64,000 nucleotides of DNA from a phage. The stretch lies in assembly GCA_024875585.1 (NCBI GenBank), contig GCA_024875585.1_4107.1; one strand, written 5' to 3'. The notes under the pieces were generated by a model. The model was not told the DNA's origin, ran no database searches, and was given only the letters and a program-made list of their open reading frames with translations. A program made the translations under genes and the position numbers. Below, piece by piece: positions 53,375 through 62,581 of this stretch (position 1 is the stretch's first letter; every line of letters starts with the position of its first letter).

Positions 53375-53650
53375 ATGAATTATAAATTTCTACAATATAC
53401 ATACACAATATTATTTGATTTACATCACAATGGACGATATATCAACACAATACGAGAAAACACATTTACTCATATGTTATGGATTGATTACTTAGAAACG
53501 ATTCGTGCATATTTTGTTAATACTGAGATAATCATTCGTGGTAAAAAACAGAAGATTCAACATGTTAATAGTTATGGTGGTAAATTAACTCTAACATTTA
53601 CCGATAATAATACTAATGAAATATGTTGTATCGAGTTGGTGAACATATGA
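53375..53650 (+). CDS. Family C small protein
   Basis: N-terminal FLQYTYTILFDL, C-terminal GGKLTLTFTD; SD AAGGGGAAAT. Confidence 0.6.
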   Translation: MNYKFLQYTYTILFDLHHNGRYINTIRENTFTHMLWIDYLETIRAYFVNTEIIIRGKKQKIQHVNSYGGKLTLTFTDNNTNEICCIELVNI

Positions 53651-53913
53651 ATTATAAAGATTTCCAATTAACATATAAGATTATTCGCAATCTAGCACAC
53701 AGCAATAATAGCCCTAGTCTAGAAGACACATGCACAGAAATGATCCATACGATTCGTGCAAAGATTGAAGAAAATTTCAGTACTGTTATTATTAATGATG
53801 ACCATGCAGAATTTTCTGATATAATCATTAGACGTGATGGTAAAGTTGAGGTTCAGTACTACACTGATTTTGGATTTACAAGTGTACCGTTGGAGATATT
53901 CCCTTGGGATTAA
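53647..53913 (+). CDS. Family C small protein
   Basis: MNYKDFQLTYKII; start at ATGA overlap (track 53623). Confidence 0.55.
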   Translation: MNYKDFQLTYKIIRNLAHSNNSPSLEDTCTEMIHTIRAKIEENFSTVIINDDHAEFSDIIIRRDGKVEVQYYTDFGFTSVPLEIFPWD

Positions 53914-54215
53914 ATTTAAATGATATACAATTCACTTATAAGGTACTATATGATTTGTATGATGCATACCTTGTTAGTAACAAAATAGGTTCACATAACC
54001 CAACCAAAGAACAATCATTTATTGATTTATATATTGAGTACTTAGATTCTATTGAAAACTATCTCAAAAAGAATTACAGTACTTTTATCGATGGAAATGA
54101 TACATTCGATTTCTATGGTGTGCAATCATATGATGGTATAATCCATGTTCAATTTCAGGAAAGAACCGATAGGGAATTTATCGAAATTAAAGTTGTGAAG
54201 TTGGTGAATTTATAA
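53904..54215 (+). CDS. Family C small protein
   Basis: LNDIQFTYKVLYDLY; non-ATG (TTG) start, uncertain. Confidence 0.45.
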   Translation: MGLNLNDIQFTYKVLYDLYDAYLVSNKIGSHNPTKEQSFIDLYIEYLDSIENYLKKNYSTFIDGNDTFDFYGVQSYDGIIHVQFQERTDREFIEIKVVKLVNL

Positions 54216-54225
54216 GAGGTTACAT

Positions 54226-54537
54226 ATGTTATTAAATGATATACAATTTACATACAAATTTTTGTATATCCAATTCGCAACGGTTGATGCTGGTGAATAT
54301 ATCTACAGTGAAGTTTATCGTTCGATATGGATAAAGTTTTTAGATGAATTACATGAATATTACCATGATTTGCGTATAGTTCGTAATAATAAAATATACA
54401 AATTCCGCGATATTGTTAGTCATAGCGGTAAGCTACGATTGGAATTAAGTACTGATAGTGATGTTGATTGGATTGGTGTAAATTTACTGGAGTTGGAGAA
54501 TGAAAAGCAACTTAAAGGAAATACAAGTATTTTATAA
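54226..54537 (+). CDS. Family C small protein
   Basis: MLLNDIQFTYKFLY. Confidence 0.6.
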   Translation: MLLNDIQFTYKFLYIQFATVDAGEYIYSEVYRSIWIKFLDELHEYYHDLRIVRNNKIYKFRDIVSHSGKLRLELSTDSDVDWIGVNLLELENEKQLKGNTSIL

Positions 54538-54784
54538 ATTCTTATACTTGTCATATGTTAAAGATGAGTACTATGAAAGTGTGTATTATTTTTTATGGCA
54601 ACATTACCGTACTATAGTAAGAGATTTATATCTAGGAAAATCTATCATATACAATGGTGAAAAATGTACATGTACGGATGTAGTTAGTTTTAATGGTTCT
54701 TTAACACTGTGTTTCAGATGCGATAATAATAGTGGGTCATTTTCATTAAACGTATATCAGTTAGAAGGAATAAATTTTGAATAA
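54500..54784 (+). CDS. Family C small protein
   Basis: LKEIQVFYKFLY; SD GGAGA. Confidence 0.55.
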   Translation: MKSNLKEIQVFYKFLYLSYVKDEYYESVYYFLWQHYRTIVRDLYLGKSIIYNGEKCTCTDVVSFNGSLTLCFRCDNNSGSFSLNVYQLEGINFE

Positions 54785-54977
54785 GTGTCCATATTGTAAC
54801 AGTACTCAATTAGCTCGTTTCCGTTTAGATTCAGACTGGGCAACTGGTGCTGGGGATTTCTTCCCTATTAATGATGATGCGGAATACACCGAAGAACAAC
54901 ACAAAGATTTTGATAAATCATGGCGACCGGACATTGAGTGCATTTATTGCCTTAATTGTGAGCGTGTCCATGACTAA
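54777..54977 (+). CDS. small zinc-ribbon protein (66 aa)
   Basis: CPYC-x44-CIYCLNC; TTG start, uncertain. Confidence 0.4.
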   Translation: MNKCPYCNSTQLARFRLDSDWATGAGDFFPINDDAEYTEEQHKDFDKSWRPDIECIYCLNCERVHD

Positions 54978-55233
54978 AGCTGAACTAATAGTTCATACAT
55001 ATAAAATGATATCAAGTACTGAGTTATCATATAGTGAAGATAATCCGGTACTGGATTATTTTGTGGAATTATTGAAAGACCATTATATTGGTAAATCACT
55101 GAATCTTAATAATATTAATTTCACTGTAAAGGATGTAGCACCAGGTAAAAACGTACTAATAGTATGTGTTACTTCATCTGATAACCCAGTATACCCAATA
55201 TCAATAACTTTTGAGATATTAGGGGATGTATGA
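54970..55233 (+). CDS. Family C-like small protein (87 aa)
   Basis: start moved to ATG 54970 (track 54847); MTKAELIVHTYKMI. Confidence 0.5.
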   Translation: MTKAELIVHTYKMISSTELSYSEDNPVLDYFVELLKDHYIGKSLNLNNINFTVKDVAPGKNVLIVCVTSSDNPVYPISITFEILGDV

Positions 55234-55520
55234 ATATCATTTTAATACAAAAAACATATACTCTACTAATGAAAGAATATGCTAATACTTATGATGAAAG
55301 GTGTAGTGCAATTCATAATATGTATGAATTTATTACTCAAGAGTACAGGGATTATATATATGCTGCGTTAGTGGGTAGATATTTCAGTACTAGAAAATAC
55401 CCAAAACTTCAAATAGTTGATGTTTCTTTTTATTTCAATGGTCATATTACTATTCATAGTTTAGACCAAGATTCAACAACGTACTTAAACTTTTCATTTG
55501 ATGAGGTAACATTTTTATGA
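55230..55520 (+). CDS. Family C small protein
   Basis: LIQKTYTLLMKEY; ATGA overlap. Confidence 0.55.
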   Translation: MNIILIQKTYTLLMKEYANTYDERCSAIHNMYEFITQEYRDYIYAALVGRYFSTRKYPKLQIVDVSFYFNGHITIHSLDQDSTTYLNFSFDEVTFL

Positions 55521-55699
55521 GAACAGTATTTTTTATCTGGAGTCTTTTTTCATTGGCAGTACTGACAGTTTCAGGTGCTTATTCATTTTTAACAATGAAC
55601 ACATGGTATGTTAATTTACTATTCCCAATTGTTGGTGTTGGTTTAGGATTTAGTTTACATAGTGTATGTAAGGATTACAATGACAAATACAACAAATGA
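55517..55699 (+). CDS. small membrane protein (60 aa, two predicted TM helices)
   Basis: FFIWSLFSLAVLTVSG and LLFPIVGVGLGFSL hydrophobic runs. Confidence 0.5.
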   Translation: MRTVFFIWSLFSLAVLTVSGAYSFLTMNTWYVNLLFPIVGVGLGFSLHSVCKDYNDKYNK

Positions 55700-55964
55700 A
55701 GTTCTTATTGCTGAAACAATGAAGATGATTTACTTTATTACTACGGCACAGGATTTGTCTTATCCAGTGAAATCGTTACTTAGGTCAATGTATCTTGATA
55801 TTGTAAAAGAATATTATAAATCTAAACACAGAAGCATTATTAGTGTTTATCGTGATTATGAAAGGATTCGTATTTTATTCTGGAACAAGAATCGAGTACG
55901 TTCTGAATGTGATCTAGTAGATTTTAAATTAGAGAATCTTTATTGCTATAAACAGGAACAATAG
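55680..55964 (+). CDS. hypothetical protein (94 aa)
   Basis: start moved to ATG after SD AAGGA (track 55662). Confidence 0.5.
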   Translation: MTNTTNEVLIAETMKMIYFITTAQDLSYPVKSLLRSMYLDIVKEYYKSKHRSIISVYRDYERIRILFWNKNRVRSECDLVDFKLENLYCYKQEQ

Positions 55965-55973
55965 TTTAATTCA

Positions 55974-55982
55974 TGATATAAT
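55974..55982 (+). promoter_or_regulatory. TGATATAAT extended -10 box
   Basis: same 9-mer as at 35129, 48183, 49892, 63747; no clear -35. Confidence 0.35.
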
Positions 55983-56022
55983 AAAGGGTAAGGAACAATA
56001 ATTAACACAAGGAGTGTGTGAA

Positions 56023-56751
56023 ATGCTTGACCGTATCCGTTTCGCTACAGAGATGGCGAATGAATTAAACATGGCAAATTTCCAAATGTTAACATCAGTA
56101 ATGGCTGAACATGCATGTGCTTATTCTGTAAGTGGTGTGCAGTGTGGTCAGGAGAATATGTTAGCAGATGTTTATAGTGAAGTACAAAGTAAGCAATATA
56201 GTGTAAAGACTTACAAGGACAAGTTTGTAAGTCTTTACATGAATGAAGATATTAAAGAAGATCGTAAATTCACTGATTTTATTATTGAACGTCGAGTATC
56301 GGGTGTATCTAATCCTAATGCATCAAGTGATGAAGTCTTTGCGGAAGTACTTCAAGATATATATGAAAATGAATTGAAAAGTAAGAATCATTACAATGTA
56401 CGTGAAACTAGCACAGTGCTCTTGGGATATGATGAAGACGAACAATATTATTATTTCCGTATGACTGAAGTTCCATTTGAATATAAATCACCAAACACCA
56501 CATCAGTTAAAGAATTTACTGAAAAAAGTAAAAATTACATGAAACATGAAGGTAATCGCTGTAGTGTGAATGGTTATGATGAAAATGGTGTTCATGTTTA
56601 CGAGTGGATTCATCCTAACTGTCAGACATACACCCGTTGCTTGAAAAAACGTTATAATTTAGAAGAGCATGACTCATTCTATTTTAAGGTAAAGAAACAA
56701 GATTACCGTCGCCCTGATGATTCTGAATTAATGGGGATGGTCTATTTCTAA
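56023..56751 (+). CDS. hypothetical protein (242 aa)
   Basis: ATG 8 nt after SD AAGGAG (track GTG 56014). Confidence 0.65.
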   Translation: MLDRIRFATEMANELNMANFQMLTSVMAEHACAYSVSGVQCGQENMLADVYSEVQSKQYSVKTYKDKFVSLYMNEDIKEDRKFTDFIIERRVSGVSNPNASSDEVFAEVLQDIYENELKSKNHYNVRETSTVLLGYDEDEQYYYFRMTEVPFEYKSPNTTSVKEFTEKSKNYMKHEGNRCSVNGYDENGVHVYEWIHPNCQTYTRCLKKRYNLEEHDSFYFKVKKQDYRRPDDSELMGMVYF

Positions 56752-56761
56752 AGGAATCGTC

Positions 56762-57046
56762 ATGGATTTATACTCACATGCTTGGACATTCGAACAGTAT
56801 ATTTCATTATATAATGAAATTTACAATACTGATATGTCATACTGCAATTATTTTCGCAATATGATCGATGAATATTCAAAGGAATTTAATAGTTTATACC
56901 TTTATGTTAATAAAGAAGTTACACATAAGACTATGAATAAAACAGGTACAATTGATGAAATTTCATTTGATTCCTATGGTGTGTATTTCTATATTACATT
57001 TTCTGATGATACTTTAGGTATACACACTTATAGTGAGTTAAAATAA
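56762..57046 (+). CDS. Family C-like small protein
   Basis: C-terminal DSYGVYFYITFSDD. Confidence 0.55.
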   Translation: MDLYSHAWTFEQYISLYNEIYNTDMSYCNYFRNMIDEYSKEFNSLYLYVNKEVTHKTMNKTGTIDEISFDSYGVYFYITFSDDTLGIHTYSELK

Positions 57047-57053
57047 AAATATA

Positions 57054-57077
57054 GGCCAGCGTTTGCTGGTCTTTTTT
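57054..57077 (+). terminator. rho-independent terminator
   Basis: GGCCAGC-GTTT-GCTGGTC then TTTTTT. Confidence 0.7.
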
Positions 57078-57090
57078 CGCAGGTACAAAG

Positions 57091-57393
57091 ATGATCAGTA
57101 TAGATTTAATTGATAGTACTATAAAAATGTTGGCTGATTTAGTGAGACAATCCAATGAAACTTTATACCAATCAATGTATAAAATGTTTGACCGATACAT
57201 CAAGGATTGTAACATATCATTATATGGACTTGCTGTTGATATAGACGATTACTATGGTATTAATACTTCATATGAAACAGGAATTTTAATTGGTATTAAT
57301 ATAAAGATGGGATATTATCCTTATTACTGTATAGGATTACCAGATAATACGTTGGTAGAATATCCAGCCAGTACTATTAAATTAAGAGGATAA
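57091..57393 (+). CDS. hypothetical protein (100 aa)
   Basis: ORF after terminator. Confidence 0.55.
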   Translation: MISIDLIDSTIKMLADLVRQSNETLYQSMYKMFDRYIKDCNISLYGLAVDIDDYYGINTSYETGILIGINIKMGYYPYYCIGLPDNTLVEYPASTIKLRG

Positions 57394-57400
57394 AACTAAA

Positions 57401-57979
57401 ATGAATGTATTAGAATTAAGTACGAAGCTGATTAGTATGCGTAACGAGTGGTACGATTGGTTTTATAATGGTACTGATATGGATTTTTCAAAATATCCAT
57501 TTATGGAATCAGGATGTGATTCAAGATACCGCTGGTTGAGCAAAAGTGGTTCTGGTTTATTCATTCGTGTTGATGATAGTGGTCGAGGAATTATAAAAGA
57601 TTTCATTCAAGTTGAAGAACTCGTCTATGATAATTGGGGTGATAACGATCCATACCTTGGAAATATGATTTATGTAAGTGAAAATGATTGCATATTCGTT
57701 ATCCAGCGTCATGGTGATTCTATGTTTTATGTAGCGGACAACAATACACCTGACGGTGCAGCAGCCGATGGACTTATGCCTAAGATTGATATATTGGAAT
57801 TTGGATTACCTGAGCATTTTCAGATTAGTACTTTATACGATATCCCACCACTTGAGTTCTTTGAAGAATTTAAATTATACTACAATGAACTTCAAAAATT
57901 GAGTTCTGAACATCGAATTGAAATAACAGTCAAGTACATAGATGGGACAAAATTAACCGATACGGGGATAGAATTTTGA
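57401..57979 (+). CDS. Family B paralog (distal copy)
   Basis: PEHFQISTLYDIPP. Confidence 0.55.
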   Translation: MNVLELSTKLISMRNEWYDWFYNGTDMDFSKYPFMESGCDSRYRWLSKSGSGLFIRVDDSGRGIIKDFIQVEELVYDNWGDNDPYLGNMIYVSENDCIFVIQRHGDSMFYVADNNTPDGAAADGLMPKIDILEFGLPEHFQISTLYDIPPLEFFEEFKLYYNELQKLSSEHRIEITVKYIDGTKLTDTGIEF

Positions 57980-58665
57980 TTAAAGATTTAGATAGAATTT
58001 TATATGTACTAAGGGGTGTAATTACATTACATCCACACATCAATCGAATTGAAAGTACATTTCAGTTGGAGTCAAGAGAAACTCAATATTCACATATATC
58101 AAATGTAGTTGGCTCACTTAGTACTGAAGACTCGCCTTACGATATTTGTGTATGTGAAGTACAACCAAGTTCGGATCTTGGATTTGCTATTTTTGATAAA
58201 AATCAAAATCTCATTAGTATGTTTCAGTGCAATAATCCTTTTTGGAAAACATGCCTGTATCCAGAGTGGGCTATGCTTGATCCAACCAAGAGCACCATTA
58301 AAGTTTATGACTCTAAAAATGATGAAGTCGTTATTGATTTGGATGAGTCAATGTCCGAGGAAGAACACTTTCAGCTAATGATGATGCGTGCTATGCCTGA
58401 ATACAATGCAATGATTAACACTGTGCAATACATTAAGGATACCATGCCATCATTGCGTACACATGAGTTTTGTCATCCGGTATTGTATGAACATTTAGAT
58501 TTAGATTTCAGTACTATTAAATTTAAAGATAGTGTCATTGAGTATATCCAAGAGGTTACTAAATTCGATTTCATTAGTACAATGAATAATAACCCTGAAA
58601 CAAATTTCAGACGACAATACAATGAATCTTTGTCTAATGGACGTGATACAAGTTGGTGGAAATAA
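57976..58665 (+). CDS. Family B paralog (distal copy)
   Basis: EEHFQLMMMRA; ATGA overlap. Confidence 0.55.
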   Translation: MIKDLDRILYVLRGVITLHPHINRIESTFQLESRETQYSHISNVVGSLSTEDSPYDICVCEVQPSSDLGFAIFDKNQNLISMFQCNNPFWKTCLYPEWAMLDPTKSTIKVYDSKNDEVVIDLDESMSEEEHFQLMMMRAMPEYNAMINTVQYIKDTMPSLRTHEFCHPVLYEHLDLDFSTIKFKDSVIEYIQEVTKFDFISTMNNNPETNFRRQYNESLSNGRDTSWWK

Positions 58666-58666
58666 T

Positions 58667-58930
58667 ATGAATATTCAAGATAGATTACAATTACTATACA
58701 CTATTGAACAGGCTGCTTTTGAACTTGTTAATAAAATCTCCGAAGAACTTCCCAAAGGAACTATAGTTCGTGTACGTGAGAGGGATTATGAATCTGGAGA
58801 AATTGAAGAACTAGTACTGACCGTGAATAAAGTAACATACTATGAATCTGAGTTGGCTATCCAATGTAGATCGGAAGATGGTAAAATATACTATTATGAC
58901 ACTGGTGTAGATATAGAGGTAATAAAATGA
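58667..58930 (+). CDS. hypothetical small protein (87 aa)
   Basis: start moved to ATG after SD GGTGGA (track 58622). Confidence 0.55.
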   Translation: MNIQDRLQLLYTIEQAAFELVNKISEELPKGTIVRVRERDYESGEIEELVLTVNKVTYYESELAIQCRSEDGKIYYYDTGVDIEVIK

Positions 58931-60069
58931 CCCTTTTGCAAATATATGAAGATTTAATGCACTTGTGCAATACAAACGATGCGTTCTTTTATGTGGATCA
59001 TAAAAGTCCTGCTGGTGGAACGTATCGTGTATTCAGTTATCGTCTAGCATCATATACTGATTTCATGCAACCCAATGCATTAGAAACCCGTGGATCTATG
59101 TGGGAAATTGATGAAGAAGGTAATATGATTCGTTGTGCTGCTCGTACTATGAAAAAGTTCTTTAATGCTTACGAGAATCCTGCTACAATGTTCCCTGCTA
59201 ACACCACATGCGATGACATTGCAGTAGTGATGCCTAAATTGGATGGTTCAGTGATCAGTACTTACCGTGACAATGATGGTGAGATTCGTTGTAAATCACA
59301 TACTGCATTGTATTCTGACCATGCGATTAACAGTACTCGACTTATTAACGAGAACCAGAATCTATATCAGTACATCGATGAAGCTGAACGTTTAGGTTAC
59401 ACAGTTAATATGGAGTATACAAGCCCAGAGTACCGAATTGTATTACCGTATCAGGTAGAACAATTGTTTGTGCTGAACGTTCGTCATCGTGTAAGTGGTG
59501 AGTTGCTATGTGGTAAAGCATTACGTGATAAGTTTCCATGTCTTTCACAGTACAGCACTAATATGACAGGAAAAGATATTCATCACACTTTTCCTGTGCG
59601 AAATTCATTCCGTGAAAGCGTTGATGAAGTTCATAAAATGCTTGACATTGAGGGTTTTGTTTGCATTTTAAAAGATGGGACAATGTGTAAAATAAAGACT
59701 GACTGGTACAGTTCATTACATCTTACAAAAGATAGTATTATTATTGATTCTCATTTATATGAAGCTGTATTAAATGGTTCAAGTGATGATTTAAAACAAT
59801 TGTTCAGTTCTGACGAATATGCTATGCAAAAGATATTAAGAATGGAACAGTTGGTTTTTTCGTGCTATAATGCATTACAAGATGAAGTAGAAAGCTTCGT
59901 CAATGAACACAAGCACTTAGAGCGAAAGGAATTCGCATTGAAGGTTCAGACGTGCTTATCTAGTGAACTGAATCGTCAGGGCTTGGCATTTGCAATGTAT
60001 AATAATAAGAAAGTTGATTACAAAGATACACTTATCAAATACATGAAAATTATACTAAAAGATTTTTAG
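58927..60069 (+). CDS. rnlA: RNA ligase 1 (T4 Rnl1-like, ATP-dependent)
   Basis: FFY.D..S..G.TYR.FSY..ASY N-terminal block, nucleotidyl-lysine motif PKLDGS, and overall colinearity with T4 Rnl1 from memory. Confidence 0.85.
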   Translation: MTLLQIYEDLMHLCNTNDAFFYVDHKSPAGGTYRVFSYRLASYTDFMQPNALETRGSMWEIDEEGNMIRCAARTMKKFFNAYENPATMFPANTTCDDIAVVMPKLDGSVISTYRDNDGEIRCKSHTALYSDHAINSTRLINENQNLYQYIDEAERLGYTVNMEYTSPEYRIVLPYQVEQLFVLNVRHRVSGELLCGKALRDKFPCLSQYSTNMTGKDIHHTFPVRNSFRESVDEVHKMLDIEGFVCILKDGTMCKIKTDWYSSLHLTKDSIIIDSHLYEAVLNGSSDDLKQLFSSDEYAMQKILRMEQLVFSCYNALQDEVESFVNEHKHLERKEFALKVQTCLSSELNRQGLAFAMYNNKKVDYKDTLIKYMKIILKDF

Positions 60070-60099
60070 TACTAACTAGCCTAAGCACAAGGAGAAGTG

Positions 60100-60354
60100 A
60101 TGGCTAAACCTAAGTATAAAAATGACGGTTCCCTTTCTCCAACTGAGTTCAGGAAAATACAACAAGAAATCGATGAATTACAGCACAAACGCTCAATGAA
60201 AGGTGTGAAGATAAGTAAGAAGAGAATCGAGAATACTTTCGGATGTAGTAGTACTGAATATAAGAAGAAAAGGAAACCGAAGGGTGTTAAGCCGAGAATA
60301 CATGATGTAACTCGCTATACATCAAAACGTGAAAATAAATTTGATCCACTATAA
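60100..60354 (+). CDS. small basic protein (84 aa)
   Basis: ATG after SD AAGGAGAAG; Lys/Arg-rich. Confidence 0.55.
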   Translation: MAKPKYKNDGSLSPTEFRKIQQEIDELQHKRSMKGVKISKKRIENTFGCSSTEYKKKRKPKGVKPRIHDVTRYTSKRENKFDPL

Positions 60355-60363
60355 GGAGTTCAT

Positions 60364-60594
60364 ATGAAAGTTGAAGTTCAGCATAGTATTGTTCAAGATA
60401 TGTCTGTAGTTAAATTTCTTTCATTAAAAGATTACTTTAGATGTATCAAGTTCCTAGAAGAATCTCATTTAAAATGGACTCCATTAAAGTACAGTTCATC
60501 CAAAGACACTGCTAGTATTCGTTGTGATGAAGCTGTACTCGTAAAAATCTCTAAAAGATTTGGGATAGGTAAAGTGAATGAGCACAGTAAATGA
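60364..60594 (+). CDS. hypothetical protein (76 aa)
   Basis: ORF+SD AAGGAG. Confidence 0.6.
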   Translation: MKVEVQHSIVQDMSVVKFLSLKDYFRCIKFLEESHLKWTPLKYSSSKDTASIRCDEAVLVKISKRFGIGKVNEHSK

Positions 60595-60832
60595 ACTAAA
60601 ATACTACAACAAAATTGCGGATACGTTTATTACTCATTTATATGAAGAATTCAGTAGTATCCGCAAGGAATATACAGGTAAATGTATTTTATATAGTTCT
60701 TATCTTAGTGGAAGAATTGAACGTGCTTACATTACTAAAGTGAAGTTTTCTGATGATTATCAATTACTATTTGAATTGGATGATTGTTTAGTCATTGAAG
60801 CTGATTTAATAGTAGATGTGCTGAACAATTGA
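60578..60832 (+). CDS. hypothetical protein (84 aa)
   Basis: ORF overlapping upstream gene by 17 nt. Confidence 0.5.
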   Translation: MSTVNELKYYNKIADTFITHLYEEFSSIRKEYTGKCILYSSYLSGRIERAYITKVKFSDDYQLLFELDDCLVIEADLIVDVLNN

Positions 60833-60838
60833 GGACAT

Positions 60839-61153
60839 ATGAATAAAGAACTTGCATATAAGGGTATCGAAAAGCTAAAGTTCGTTGAAAAGGAACTAAT
60901 AGAATCAGTTGAAACAATGGTTGAAGATTACGTTTTTGATTTTAAGAAAACATTAATTGGATGTAAAGTCAAATGCTGGGATCATACCATTAGAGAATGG
61001 TTCAGTGCTATAATTCTTGATGTTAAAGTATCTCGAACTGGTATTGGTAACTTAGTAAATGGTGAATGCTTTGTATACACTGAATACAATAACGGTACAA
61101 GACACCTTTCAAAAGGATGGCACAATCTCGAAGATGTAGAATTCATTGAGTAA
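60839..61153 (+). CDS. hypothetical protein (104 aa)
   Basis: ORF+SD GAGGACAT. Confidence 0.6.
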   Translation: MNKELAYKGIEKLKFVEKELIESVETMVEDYVFDFKKTLIGCKVKCWDHTIREWFSAIILDVKVSRTGIGNLVNGECFVYTEYNNGTRHLSKGWHNLEDVEFIE

Positions 61154-61165
61154 CAAGGAGTAATA

Positions 61166-62098
61166 ATGCCAACTATCACCTTAACAATTGGGTTGCCTGG
61201 GTGTGGTAAAACTACATGGGCAGTGCAAGAGATTAAAAACGCCAAATCTAAGACTATCAACATCAACCGTGATGATATTCGTGAATCTATGGCGGGGTCA
61301 CATGATGCTTACAAATTCAACGATGCTAATGAGCAGTACGTAACTACTTTACAGTTCAGTGCAGCAAATTTAGCAGCAGAGAATGGTTGGAACATCATCA
61401 TATCCGATACGAACCTTAAACAACATTTCCGTGATCTCTGGAAAGTATGGGCTAAAGATAATGATTATGATTACAAAGAAAAGAACTTCTATGATGATTT
61501 TGTACCTAATGAAGACCGTGGTGCAGATGTTCATGAATTCTTTAAGATTAAAGAGTTCGTAAAACTTTGTAAGAAATATAACCGCCAGCGTGAGCGTTCA
61601 GTACAAGATAATATCATTGACACTATGGCAGATACTTACTATTATAGTAAAGCAATGCACATTGGTTACTATGGTAATTCAAGAGAAGCCGCTGTTATCG
61701 TTGATATTGACGGAACTCTTGCTCATAAATGGGGTCGTAATCCTTACGATGAAAGTACTGTACTACAAGATACACCAGATGAAGAAGTTATTTTGTCTAT
61801 TATCGCTGAAGCAGTTTTCCATAAACGTAAGATTATTGTAATGAGTGGGCGTACTGAAGGGTGTCGTGCAGACACAGAACAGTGGCTTAAGAATTGGGGT
61901 GTTCCTTACGATGCATTGTTTATGCGAGGCATCGATGATAAACGACCCGATGATGTGGTAAAATATGAGTTGTATATGAATAACGTCGTGCATCATTACG
62001 ATGTTAAAAAAGTATACGATGACAGATCACAAGTCGTATTCATGTGGCGTAAACTACTTGGATTAAAAGTGATGCAAGTTGCAGAAGGAAATTTCTGA
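61166..62098 (+). CDS. pseT: polynucleotide 5'-kinase / 3'-phosphatase (T4 Pnk-like)
   Basis: P-loop GLPGCGKTT, NINRDD, and HAD-phosphatase motif DIDGTLA; colinear with T4 Pnk from memory. Confidence 0.85.
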   Translation: MPTITLTIGLPGCGKTTWAVQEIKNAKSKTININRDDIRESMAGSHDAYKFNDANEQYVTTLQFSAANLAAENGWNIIISDTNLKQHFRDLWKVWAKDNDYDYKEKNFYDDFVPNEDRGADVHEFFKIKEFVKLCKKYNRQRERSVQDNIIDTMADTYYYSKAMHIGYYGNSREAAVIVDIDGTLAHKWGRNPYDESTVLQDTPDEEVILSIIAEAVFHKRKIIVMSGRTEGCRADTEQWLKNWGVPYDALFMRGIDDKRPDDVVKYELYMNNVVHHYDVKKVYDDRSQVVFMWRKLLGLKVMQVAEGNF

Positions 62099-62105
62099 CA
62101 CAAAA

Positions 62106-62129
62106 GGGATCAATGTATGATCCCTTTTT
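62106..62129 (+). terminator. rho-independent terminator
   Basis: GGGATCA-ATGTA-TGATCCC then TTTTTC. Confidence 0.75.
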
Positions 62130-62147
62130 CTTTTAAGGTATATTATA

Positions 62148-62324
62148 ATGAATGTAAAAACACAGATGTTATTACAAAAAGAATACTTAGAAAATATAGA
62201 AATGTTCTATAGATTGTCTTTATACGAAAATAAACATAAAAAATATAACTTTTCTAAACAACTAACCACAAGTACTAATGATTATCTATTTTCATCAATG
62301 TTTTATGTGAGAGGTTTATTATAA
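62148..62324 (+). CDS. hypothetical small protein (58 aa)
   Basis: ORF below cutoff; TAATG overlap with next gene. Confidence 0.4.
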   Translation: MNVKTQMLLQKEYLENIEMFYRLSLYENKHKKYNFSKQLTTSTNDYLFSSMFYVRGLL

Positions 62325-62581
62325 TGGATAAATTTCACACAGATATAACACAGATAGGTAATCTTATCAATAGTCTAATTACTGATTTAGAAGAAAAGTA
62401 CTTAGGTCGAAATGTATACGTTGAAATGTATGAAACATATGGTGTTATTGATATGATTTATTACAGTGCATTGAAGTGTGAAATACGTTTAACAGTATGT
62501 TTGTTTGAAAAAGATACATTCAACAGAAGTACTGCAATTCGTCAGGTTGGTGTAGATGACATTGAATTATATGAGGAATAA
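62324..62581 (+). CDS. hypothetical small protein (85 aa)
   Basis: ORF; resembles neighbours (KYLGRNVYVEMY). Confidence 0.55.
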   Translation: MDKFHTDITQIGNLINSLITDLEEKYLGRNVYVEMYETYGVIDMIYYSALKCEIRLTVCLFEKDTFNRSTAIRQVGVDDIELYEE

